From Antedon mediterranea (Eukaryota; Animalia; Echinodermata), in contig NC_092672.1 in the NCBI RefSeq assembly GCF_964355755.1, positions 20,535,237 through 20,599,236 of the forward strand: 64,000 bases of DNA, written 5' to 3'. The translations under genes and the position numbers were made by a program. Under the pieces are notes generated by a model, which saw nothing but the letters and a program-made list of their open reading frames with translations, did no database searches and was not told the DNA's origin. This document shows, one piece after another, positions 58,001 to 64,000 of this stretch (position 1 is its first letter; each line of letters begins with the position of its first letter).

Positions 58001-61000
58001 GTCACACGTGTGGTATGGGTAACGGCGACCAGTCGCGATTCGTTTGTATACTGATTCATATACAACTATGAATTGCGTTGTGCGTGTAGTAAGGTAAATT
58101 AATAGGCTCTTTAGAATTAATATTTTGCCTACAAAAAGGTTGACTGTATTAACAACCCATCAGTACAATTAGAACAAAAAAGCAGTTTGAGGTCTAATGT
58201 ACATGTTTATACAATCAACTAATATAACATGAAAATGGAACATTAAACATTACATGCATTACAAAAGAATTCATTAAAGAAAGTAAAGTAGAAACATTGT
58301 TTGATATTTTGAATTACAGTATGAATAAAAAAAAAACAGCCTGTAACAGTCATGGAAGATTGTGTACATTAGGTTAATGTGACATATTGTCCTGTAAACC
58401 ACTGATCATGATGATCACTGAGATTACGCAGATTGATCTCGCTGATCATATGAGTATTCTCCGTGGATATATCATTGTCAACACTTGGCTTGAAAATATG
58501 CCTGGAGGCGCAAACAAAATCCTAGATGGCGACAAAAATCCAAAATGACTGCCCATTTGATCTAAATTGTATTTATAATGCCTATTAAATATCCTTTTTA
58601 AACTTGTTTGTTTTTTTTAATTAACCACACACATTGAATACAAAGTAAAAATATTTATTGAAATCTATATAGATAACACAGTATATCAGCATGATCAGTA
58701 AATATTGTGATAAGTTATCAGCAATAGCAGCAATATAAATGTATTTATTAATTGAAGGTTATGAAGATGTACAAGAAAATGTTTGATAAAATGGAAGGAA
58801 TGCCATATGCTCACCATGTAGATCGTGAAATGTACATGGTTGATAACACCATGAAATCACCTGAAGGTATTACAAAACTTAAGCGAAACGTTGGTAGATA
58901 CATGAAGGAAATGGTGAGAGAAGTTCCAGTAAAGTGGGTTAATTTACAGGAAAGTTTACAAAGAATTGGTGAAACAAAATTGTGTATTACGTTTGAGGAG
59001 GTAAAGTTTTGATTGTGGATTCCAATGTAATTATATAATATGATTATTTATTGTTACTTTGTTTTTATTCCTATAGACACTACTAATATTTATAGTCCTG
59101 GCCTATCATTGCATTTTCCATTAGCTTTTCTCCAGGCTCTACAAGTAATGTACTAAGTTAAGTTATTTGTTTGAATTAAATTCTGTATTAGGTTTCCAGG
59201 ATTGGCACTGAATGTGAAATTTCCGAAGAGAGGCTCGACACTGCCATAGAGTATATGAATGACATTGGGATCATTTTACATTCGAGTTCTAACAAAAAAC
59301 TGAAAAACACTGTGATAACAGATCTTGAAATGATGATTCAAATGGTTACAAAAGTGATCACAGTAGTTAAACCGTCTATTAAAGTGGTAGGTAGATAATG
59401 TATTTTATTATGATATTAGATTGTCATCATGTGGATGTATAGGTGATTTTAATAATCTGTTCTTAGTAACTTGATGTGAAACAGTATAATTGTATTGATC
59501 ATGTGACTGTACTGTGTAAAGTAAGAATAAACTGTTTTTTTAAATATAGAAGCAAATGAGGGTGCTGTGGAAAAGGCTGGATGAGGAAGGAATACTGGAG
59601 GAAAGACTGCTAAGGTATTTATGGGAACAGGAATTAGAGGAAGATCCACATCGCTTTGAAATCTTTACTGAAGTGATGAAGACATTTGGTCTGCTCTTTG
59701 AGAAATTGAAGGTAAGTTAAACATCTTATTTTAAATTGGCTGTCACTTAAATTAGCTTAAATGTTATACTTGTAATATTTTAATTTACAACACTTTGCTT
59801 ACATCTGCAGGTAACTGAAGGTGATCGGGTATTCTTGGTTCCATCTCGAATGAAAACCAAGAAAGAGAGTCTTAAAGTTGAAACGGACAAGAAAAATATG
59901 GTATCAATCTATCTTACACCTACTGACTTTCTTCCCAATGCTGTATACAATACATTGGTTGTTGCATTTCTTGACTTGATGGAGGTCAAAGGTAGACCTG
60001 GTGAACCAGTTGTGTTTCAAAATCGCAGTGAATTTGACTTTAAGGATCATGGGGTTAATTTAGGCACAGTGAAAATTGAAAACCGGCATGCATTAAAGGT
60101 ACAGAAATTATTTATGTATTTAGTTTCAAATAAATAAATTTGAACAGAAAATGAAACATAACATTTTGAACTAATTTTGCCACTTTTACTGAATTAAAAT
60201 GTTTATGAATGAATGTTGAACATGAACCTACAAAAGGTAATTGTAATAATCCAATGAAACCTTTCTGCATTTATTAACTTTTTTTAGTAAACTTTTCTTA
60301 TCAGCTTGAAATATCTCATCTAATTAAAGTTGATGGCAATACTACAGGCCCAAAAAATGAACCACATCGAAGCTTCTGCATAGAGGTAAGGATAATGTGT
60401 TAACATTTTCAACAAAGCAGTACTAGAATGTAATAAAAGAATATTTTTAACTTAAGTTCGTCATTTTGTTGTAGGTGTTAGGATATCTGAAGCATCAACT
60501 AGAAAATGTGCTTGTCACAAGTGAAGGAGTTGGCTACAATCTATGTGTGTTGTGTAATGTTTGTAATCCAGCAGAGAAGCCTCATTTACATGGTCTCAAG
60601 CGATGCTTGGAACAAGAATTCGATGGTGTTAAATGTGGCGATAAGCTCATGGATACCACTCGTTTAAAGAAGCTATTTTCGGAAGGTAATTGAAATTTTG
60701 ATTTATCATCAACATTTTCTTCAATAGCAATATTATTAGTTTGTTTTAATGACATAGGAACATGTGTGTGGTTTTTTTTTTTTTTTCATACCACATCAAT
60801 ACAATATACAAAGATGTGTCTAGAGATATCTGCAAAGGCCCTTTGAATAATAGATAGAATTTATTCTTATTATTTACAACCTAATGAAAATCAGTTGACT
60901 AATTAATTGGCATTCGGGAATTAATTTTTTAACAACTTTAAAAAAAATAACAGATTTAGGCTAAGCTAAACATTTATCCCAAATAACTAGAGGCGTCATG

Positions 61001-63749
61001 TAAATCTATTGTTTTCCCTGCAGAAATCATCACACAATAAGGATTTATCTATCTGCAGTATTTATTCTGGGAGGCCTGCATAACTTTAAAATAAATATTT
61101 AATTTAATAATTTAATTTTTTTTTGTTCACTAATACATGTACTGATAGATATCTTTTGTTTGCATAGATACACCAGATGATACTACTACTCCTCTGGCTA
61201 TAAGCTCATCATTACCATCAGGTCAGTTGATTGATACAATTTGTTAATTCTAAATTACATTATAAATTACATACAATTTAGAAATGACAATAACTAATTC
61301 AGAAAACATCAACTATAAAGTAGAAACATCAACAGTTAAAAATATGTTATATGGTACTTGATATGTAAAGTTTGGAAAATGTTAGTATTTTAACCATTTT
61401 TTGATAAGGAAAATGTCAGATGGTGGTTTCAGACAAATCTCATGATTTCAAAATACATGAATAAGGTCCAATTTGAATTGCATAAAACAGTGTATCCTAG
61501 TGTTGTTAACAAAATAGTTTATTTAATAAAAACTAACTTTTAAATGTGTATTGAATAAATTGTGATAATGTTTTTGTTATTATGACTATGTATAACTTTT
61601 ATTTGGTATAGATACACTAACTGCTACTACTCTGGCTACAAGCTCATTACGGACAGGTTAGTTGATTATCATCATTAGAGATCCTTGGATAGGGTAGTGT
61701 TACAACCACTAATGTAGAAAATATTAGCTAATGTAGAAATAGCAATAGCTAAATGTAGAAATAACAAATTGCTCATATGTAATTAGTACCAGCTAAGGTG
61801 AGAAAATGCTTCACAACTATGATATACTGTTTGGAACTACATCAAGAAACCTGAAGGATAGATACATTATGTGAAGTTAAATGTAATATAAAGTTGGTAA
61901 TACATAAGGATAACAACTAAGCAGATTCTGTATTAATCACTTTCAACTACCATGTCTGTGTTTTGGGGATATTAATTATTCCCTATGCAACAATATAAAT
62001 TTTGATCTGATTTATGGAAAGTTATGGTGTTTTAAGGATTTATATTCATACATACAGACATATTCAAACAATGATTTTCAACAACTATGATAATTATGAT
62101 AATTATGCTCAATTTATATCATAAATTTGGAAACTTGTCTTCAACCATTTAGAGTTGTCAGAGGATAATTTTAAACAGTTGATTGCAGACTTTGCAAAAT
62201 GGTTTGATGATCGTGGTCTCCTTAAAAGGCTACAAGTTCTATGCATAGAAATAGTAGATGACATCGAAGAGTTGAAAAGGGTTACCAGTACAATCAACCT
62301 GTTAGCTCTTTTAACTGTAAATGGACAATTGAGTCAAACAAATCTTTCTGTCCTGTATGATGCAATAAAAGTAACAGAACAATTTGGCTTTCAGTCAGTC
62401 ATTAAAGAAAAGCTTTACATACCTGTCCTAATACAGCTTATGAGCTTTAAAGTCACTCATTTGTTGGCGATGAATGCTTTTTCCCATCAAAGTTTTTTGT
62501 CCAATTATAAAATGAATATCATGACAAAAAGCATAACTGTCTAACCATTTTTTGCAAACCAGATCTCTATGTTTGTTAAGCCTGTTAATCTCCCCACTAG
62601 ACTAGACTCATTAATGTACAATAGTTAGCATATGATGCATCGTATAGATATGGAAGGCAATAAACAAATGACATAGACCATTTTAAATCTCTATGTTTTT
62701 GTAGCCTCTTTATCTATCCACTAGAATAGACTCATTAATGTACAATAGATAGCATCTGATGGATCATGTAGATATGGAAGGCAACAAACAACTGACATAC
62801 AGTAGACCATTTTAAATCTCTATGTTTTTGTAACCTCTTTATCTACCCACTAGACTAGACTCATTAATGTACAATAGATAGCATCTGATGGATCATGTAG
62901 ATATGGAAGGCAACAAACAACTGACATAGACCATTTTAAATCTCTATGTTTTTGTAGCCTCTTTATCTACCCACTAGACTAGACTCATTAATGTACAATA
63001 GTTAGCATATGATGCATCATGTATGGAAGGCAATAAACAACTGACATAGACCATTTTAAATCTCTTTGTTTTTGTAGCCTCTTTATCTATCCACTAGACT
63101 AGACTCATTAATGTACAATAGATAGCATCTGATACACCATGTAGATATGGAAGGCAACAAACAACTGACATAGACCATTTTAAATCTCTGTTTTTGTAAC
63201 CTCTTTATCTACCCACTAGACTAGACTCATTAATGTACAATAGTTAGCATATGATGCATCATGTATATATGGAAGGCAATAAACAACTGACATAGACCAT
63301 TTTAAATCTCTTTGTTTTTGTAGCCTCTTTATCTATCCACTAGACTAGACTCATTAATGTACAATAGATAGCATCTGATACACCAAGTAGATATGGAAGG
63401 CAACACACAACTGACATAGACCATAGCAGAACAGTGCATCGAATCAATTGTGATACTGTACTCTTGATTATGACTAATATTATATCTGTTTTTTGTATAG
63501 ATACACAGACTGCTGCTCCTCTGGCTACAAGCTCATTAGAGACAGGTTAGTGGTTATCATTAGATCATTATGTCTCATATGGACAGTTTGTCTGAAATTA
63601 CATGAATATACATAATAGCATAACATCTTGGTGTCATTAGCAGAATAGTTGATTTAATACTGGTATTCTTGATTATGACTAATGTATATGTTTATTTTGC
63701 ATAGATGCACCTATTGCTGCTCCTTTGGCTGCAAGCTCATTAGGGACAG
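8880..63749 (+). CDS. Multi-exon ROCO-family gene: ankyrin repeats - Roc GTPase - COR - S/T/A-rich micro-exon linker - DED-like domain (5' incomplete; overall span)
   Basis: 19 exons from 8880 to the stop at 62544 join in frame with matching intron phases (2814 nt including the stop). Two more homologous micro-exons lie downstream. Roc G1-G4 motifs and COR signatures are present. Confidence 0.88.
10018..11560 (+). repeat. Local direct duplication, copy 1 (partner about 15466-16890)
   Basis: Collinear high similarity from ttaatttattttaaagtcagg to gtcccaatat and ataactttaaaatc. Confidence 0.9.
13317..14640 (+). mobile_element. Non-autonomous Helitron, apparently with both ends
   Basis: a|TCtatatataa 5' end; 3' GC hairpin followed by CTAG|t. 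The first ~180 bp recur at 41019-41195. Confidence 0.7.
14802..15085 (+). repeat. Direct repeat of about 1663-1940
   Basis: Shared gtcagtcacatatttt...ggacattaaaactgcatt...ctggagaacaacaacctggttgaatattctagcac. Confidence 0.9.
15466..16890 (+). repeat. Local direct duplication, copy 2
   Basis: Matches 10018-11560 with indels. Confidence 0.9.
17548..18300 (-). mobile_element. Non-autonomous Helitron (second family), minus strand
   Basis: The minus strand begins a|TCtatattataagtgagagagtttgtttgtctg; the other end has the cagggcggg half-hairpin shared with the 36724 copy. Confidence 0.65.
18468..19679. mobile_element. Foldback/MULE-like element with long TIRs built of tandem ccaaaatacg units
   Basis: 18468-~18800 is the reverse complement of ~19400-19679; repeated ccaaaatacgtcaagttgagggcgct units; no coding capacity seen. 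Confidence 0.8.
19962..20056 (-). mobile_element. L2-type LINE/SINE 3' tail with (TTA)n microsatellite
   Basis: The minus strand reads gcgccttgag...gtgcgctataaaaatct followed by (tat)n. Confidence 0.55.
20069..22669. mobile_element. Non-autonomous DNA element with ~410-bp TIRs; right TIR split by a LINE
   Basis: 20069-20477 is the reverse complement of 21621-21908 plus 22563-22669. Confidence 0.8.
21906..22555 (-). mobile_element. 5'-truncated non-LTR retrotransposon (RTE-X-like RT C-terminus)
   Basis: ORF 22070-22507 (Y)LGHTLTPDLKDDTDIKRQYRSLCIRANTLCRTFSKCS...LFKTYCSNLY..LW; (TGAA)n tail; probable atattc TSD. Confidence 0.85.
24977..25075 (+). CDS. Ankyrin-repeat exon B (DGWTALHYAAANGHTACCSLLVNKGAVVNLSDN)
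   Basis: attatag| 99 nt |gtaagt, phase 0-0, canonical ankyrin repeat. Confidence 0.92.
28561..28761. mobile_element. Palindromic MITE (~200 bp)
   Basis: aagcctgttttcctgtcgacgttattcgacgctatcgt ... acgatagcgtcgaataacgtcgacaggaaacaggctt, TA on both flanks. Confidence 0.8.
29058..29831 (-). CDS. Coiled-coil + Pro/Gln linker + BEN-domain protein, last exon (nested antisense gene)
   Basis: The ORF extends 40 codons upstream of 29711 to a ttttag acceptor. The C-terminus VARCLVEYYFTTEERVRCNTSG....KLDPIRMQKVREY...WKRCLQSIDALRR matches the BEN consensus. Confidence 0.85.
   Translation of the reverse strand, partial: AAHVLHTTEIQPAAAEVDTEFDYDLFDVDLDAADGILQELVDNAVNATGKQPPRVADFDRQEPTDVDDLRRKVRQLEEHIETQDSRIARQDKELRSLHQRLATIEMAVSRPPLHQPHLQQLPPQPEQQIPPHPQTETEQPPAQQHPQAQQPPPPPPQNQDELPHNIMTQLMSHHDDCRKVARCLVEYYFTTEERVRCNTSGMRGAEKLDPIRMQKVREYTFRISPIPHGLQGDTWKRCLQSIDALRRHNKRKCNVNE
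30312..30401 (-). CDS. Candidate upstream exon of the BEN gene (MCVHFFYQLRPIISQGPTTKKRKTLSVEKP)
   Basis: Strong donor gtaagt at 30311, phase 0 compatible, NLS-like KKRK. The true exon may be longer (ORF 30320-30541 in another frame, possible frameshift in an A-run). Confidence 0.5.
31560..33180 (-). mobile_element. Degraded DIRS/Ngaro-type tyrosine-recombinase retrotransposon
   Basis: Minus-strand fragments FTDASG, SCTWRELKGVLLALQAF, IFTDNRGVVSICRKG, NWEADLLSR and IWGPLTFD (RNase H region), then KVGDISFHDNHVNI..DQPSEGNSVV (YR-like); many stops and frameshifts. Confidence 0.8.
34790..35280 (-). mobile_element. LINE ORF1-like remnant
   Basis: Minus-strand fragments ELLRVERHLRSYNL*FGDIKE, DIFKTDLGLNNISIENVH and PRHII resemble the coiled-coil/RRM ORF1 of LINEs. 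Confidence 0.55.
36724..37147 (-). mobile_element. 3' part of the second Helitron family
   Basis: Minus strand hairpin cccgccctggggcggg then CTAG|t; similar to 17548-17870. Confidence 0.7.
38519..38633 (+). mobile_element. Short Helentron-associated (HINE/DINE-1-like) element
   Basis: tttttagtcatgtgc...gactctatagctcactatgtcggtcgg...gcatgtgact...ggccttgtt; same ends as the 43763 and 44724 copies. Confidence 0.6.
40120..40427. mobile_element. MITE with perfect 22-bp TIR
   Basis: ataacacaagaatctcctgttc ... gaacaggagattcttgtgttat. Confidence 0.75.
41019..41195 (+). mobile_element. 5' fragment of the same Helitron family as 13317
   Basis: Near-identical to 13317-13495. Confidence 0.75.
43763..44439 (+). 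mobile_element. HINE/DINE-1-like element copy 1 (internal deletion)
   Basis: T-run start, subterminal inverted repeat agtcgcgt/acgcgact, (GTCY/GTCG)n microsatellites, 3' ggc..gcc hairpin then ttgtt. Confidence 0.75.
44724..45533 (+). mobile_element. HINE/DINE-1-like element copy 2
   Basis: Near-identical to 43763-44439 plus about 89 bp. Confidence 0.75.
45926..46036 (+). CDS. Ankyrin-repeat exon C (AGNTPLHAHLARRYKDPTLEMVTCLINKGASVTSQNK)
   Basis: tttccag| 111 nt |gtaata, phase 0-0, GNTPLH...LINKGA. Confidence 0.9.
47572..47670 (+). pseudogene. Disrupted ankyrin pseudo-exon (NGNPPLYEYLIQRPKPTSEIVKFLIKK, then frameshift/stop)
   Basis: The acceptor context (aaaccttatgatgatgacttttttt ccacag) resembles that of exon C and the protein is similar to exon C. 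There is an in-frame TAG and no donor at the expected position. Confidence 0.7.
48506..48590 (+). CDS. Terminal/capping ankyrin exon (EGKTPESIVETNMDITKKEKTVILNYFD)
   Basis: ttttag| 85 nt |gtaagt, phase 0-1, GKTP motif; phase fits the next exon. Confidence 0.85.
50258..50423 (+). CDS. Roc exon 1 with P-loop (VPAEIRARGKQAIKIYKEELKTG...MFLGKEGAGKTS)
   Basis: G1 GxxxxGKTS preceded by the typical pre-Roc P.EI..RG..AI..Y helix; phase 1-2. The NAGNAG acceptor also allows a start at 50261. Confidence 0.93.
50474..52527. mobile_element. Non-autonomous MULE-like transposon in a Roc intron
   Basis: Perfect 9-bp TSD gctgtgtat (50465-50473, 52528-52536); TIRs of repeated gcgaggca units. Confidence 0.88.
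52936..53036 (+). CDS. Roc exon 2 (FNSAEQSTDGIVTTTVFQ...W)
   Basis: aatag|...|gtgaga, phase 2-1, switch I motif STDGI. Confidence 0.92.
53392..53460 (+). CDS. Roc insert exon (GIDLSEQIRSHALGEKVDKRLQE)
   Basis: gtatag|...|gtaggt, phase 1-1, open. Confidence 0.85.
53572..53702 (+). CDS. Roc exon with G3 (SVWDYAGQLDYYITHR)
   Basis: WDxAGQ..YY.TH Roc signature; phase 1-0. Confidence 0.93.
54744..54996 (+). mobile_element. CR1 LINE 3' end
   Basis: RRNSFSFRVVLLWNGLSDYVVSASSLNLFKNRL is a typical CR1 ORF2 C-terminus; caagta-type tail. Confidence 0.8.
55579..57071. repeat. Tandem array, ~89-bp unit, ~17 copies
   Basis: Unit acatacatagcaatacacatcatgtcaagttagttcccgcaacataggaaccacagtcctggtaagggtctggtatcacagtgtaaaa. 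Confidence 0.97.
57398..57487 (+). CDS. Roc exon (FFLTNTVSYCVAFNVMDNLDEPAKPRGSKI)
   Basis: tttccag|...|gtaagt; continues TH.FFL...Y...F. Confidence 0.92.
57600..57791 (+). CDS. Roc exon with G4 (TNLDMNLFWIRSIYEH...PPICLVATHVDK)
   Basis: W..SI and V.TH.D Roc motifs; phase 0-0. Confidence 0.93.
58758..59000 (+). CDS. Roc C-terminus / COR start (YMVDNT...VPVKWVNLQESL)
   Basis: G5-like VDN followed by the COR-start motif P..W; phase 0-0. Confidence 0.92.
59192..59386 (+). CDS. COR exon (LDTAIEYMNDIGIILH...TVITDLEMMIQMVTKVI)
   Basis: Matches the COR pattern L.YL.D.G.I..; 65 open codons; AG/GT borders. Confidence 0.92.
59550..59711 (+). CDS. COR exon (LWKRLDEEGILEERLLRYLW...VMKTFGLLFE)
   Basis: COR motifs GIL....L..LW and M..FGL; phase 0-0. 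Confidence 0.92.
59811..60098 (+). CDS. COR exon (RVFLVPSRM...DFLPNAVYNTLVV)
   Basis: COR motifs F.VP..L and FLP..VY..L; ctgcag|...|gtacag. Confidence 0.92.
60305..60385 (+). CDS. COR C-terminal exon (LEISHLIKVDGNTTGPKNEPHRSFCIE)
   Basis: ttatcag|81 nt|gtaagg, phase 0-0. Confidence 0.85.
60475..60685 (+). CDS. COR end with Cys/His cluster (LCVLCNVCNPAEKPHLHGLKRCLE...VKCG)
   Basis: ttgtag|...|gtaatt, phase 0-1. Confidence 0.88.
61168..61221 (+). CDS. Linker micro-exon 1 (DTPDDTTTPLAISSSLPS)
   Basis: gcatag|54 nt|gtcagt, phase 1-1; homologous to three other micro-exons. Confidence 0.8.
61612..61656 (+). CDS. Linker micro-exon 2 (DTLTATTLATSSLRT)
   Basis: gtatag|45 nt|gttagt, phase 1-1. Confidence 0.8.
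62153..62544 (+). CDS. Death-effector-domain-like exon (ELSEDNFKQLIADFAKWFDDRGLLKRLQVLC...NLSVLYDAIKVTEQ)
   Basis: Phase-1 acceptor catttag; about 88 aa helical pattern F..L.......L..L..LC......L.......LL..L...G.L...NL..L resembling DED. The last ~40 codons before the stop look non-conserved. Confidence 0.7.
62563..63423. repeat. Tandem array, ~120-128-bp unit, ~7 copies
   Basis: Unit accattttaaatctctatgtttttgtagcctctttatctacccactagactagactcattaatgtacaatag...gacatag. Confidence 0.97.
63501..63545 (+). CDS. Linker micro-exon 3 (DTQTAAPLATSSLET)
   Basis: gtatag|45 nt|gttagt, phase 1-1, upstream branch-point-like gactaat. Confidence 0.8.
63705..63749 (+). CDS. Linker micro-exon 4 (DAPIAAPLAASSLGT)
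   Basis: gcatag|45 nt|gtatag, phase 1-1. Confidence 0.78.
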
Positions 63750-64000
63750 GTATAGGTGAGTAACATTAGATCATTAGGGACAGGTATAGGTGAGTAACAT
63801 TAGCTCATTAGGGACAGGTATAGGTGAGTAACATTAGATCATTAGGGACAGGTATAGGTGAGTAACATTAGATCATTGGAGACAGGTATAGGTGAGTAAC
63901 ATTAGATCATTAGGGACAGGTATAGGTGAGTAACATTAGATCATTAGGGACAGGTATAGGTGAGTAACATTAGATCATTAGGTACAGGTATAGGTGAGTA
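63737..64000. repeat. 34-bp minisatellite, at least 7.8 copies, runs off the window
   Basis: Unit tcattagggacaggtataggtgagtaacattaga. Confidence 0.97.

Noticed and set aside
50258-60685. Naming the gene DAPK1, LRRK2 or MFHAS1
   Set aside because: No kinase or LRR exons were seen and orthology cannot be established by eye.
62563-63423. Tandem units as further micro-exons (each has tttttgtag and ctcatta)
   Set aside because: Phase-1 reading hits TAG within seven codons and similarity to the true micro-exons is weak.

Overview
AT-rich, intron-rich animal genomic DNA, probably a marine invertebrate (inference from composition and TE repertoire); not prokaryotic. One + strand multi-exon gene spans most of the window (about 8.9 kb to beyond 64 kb; its 5' end was not found). 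I assembled it by hand from GT-AG exons with consistent phases. It encodes ankyrin repeats (one per phase-0 exon), a complete Roc GTPase (G1 GKEGAGKTS, G2 STDGI, G3 WDYAGQ, G4 VATHVD), a COR domain, a Cys/His cluster, duplicated 45-54 nt Ser/Thr/Ala-rich phase-1 micro-exons and a death-effector-domain-like exon, i.e. an ANK-Roc-COR-DED-like ROCO protein. Signs of exon turnover include a dead ankyrin pseudo-exon, micro-exons on both sides of the DED-like exon and a minisatellite amplifying a splice donor. An antisense coiled-coil + BEN-domain gene is nested in a 21 kb intron. The introns carry Helitron/Helentron-like, MULE-like, hAT, MITE, LINE and DIRS/Ngaro remnants, three tandem arrays and local duplications. 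All calls come from manual reading; no searches were run.
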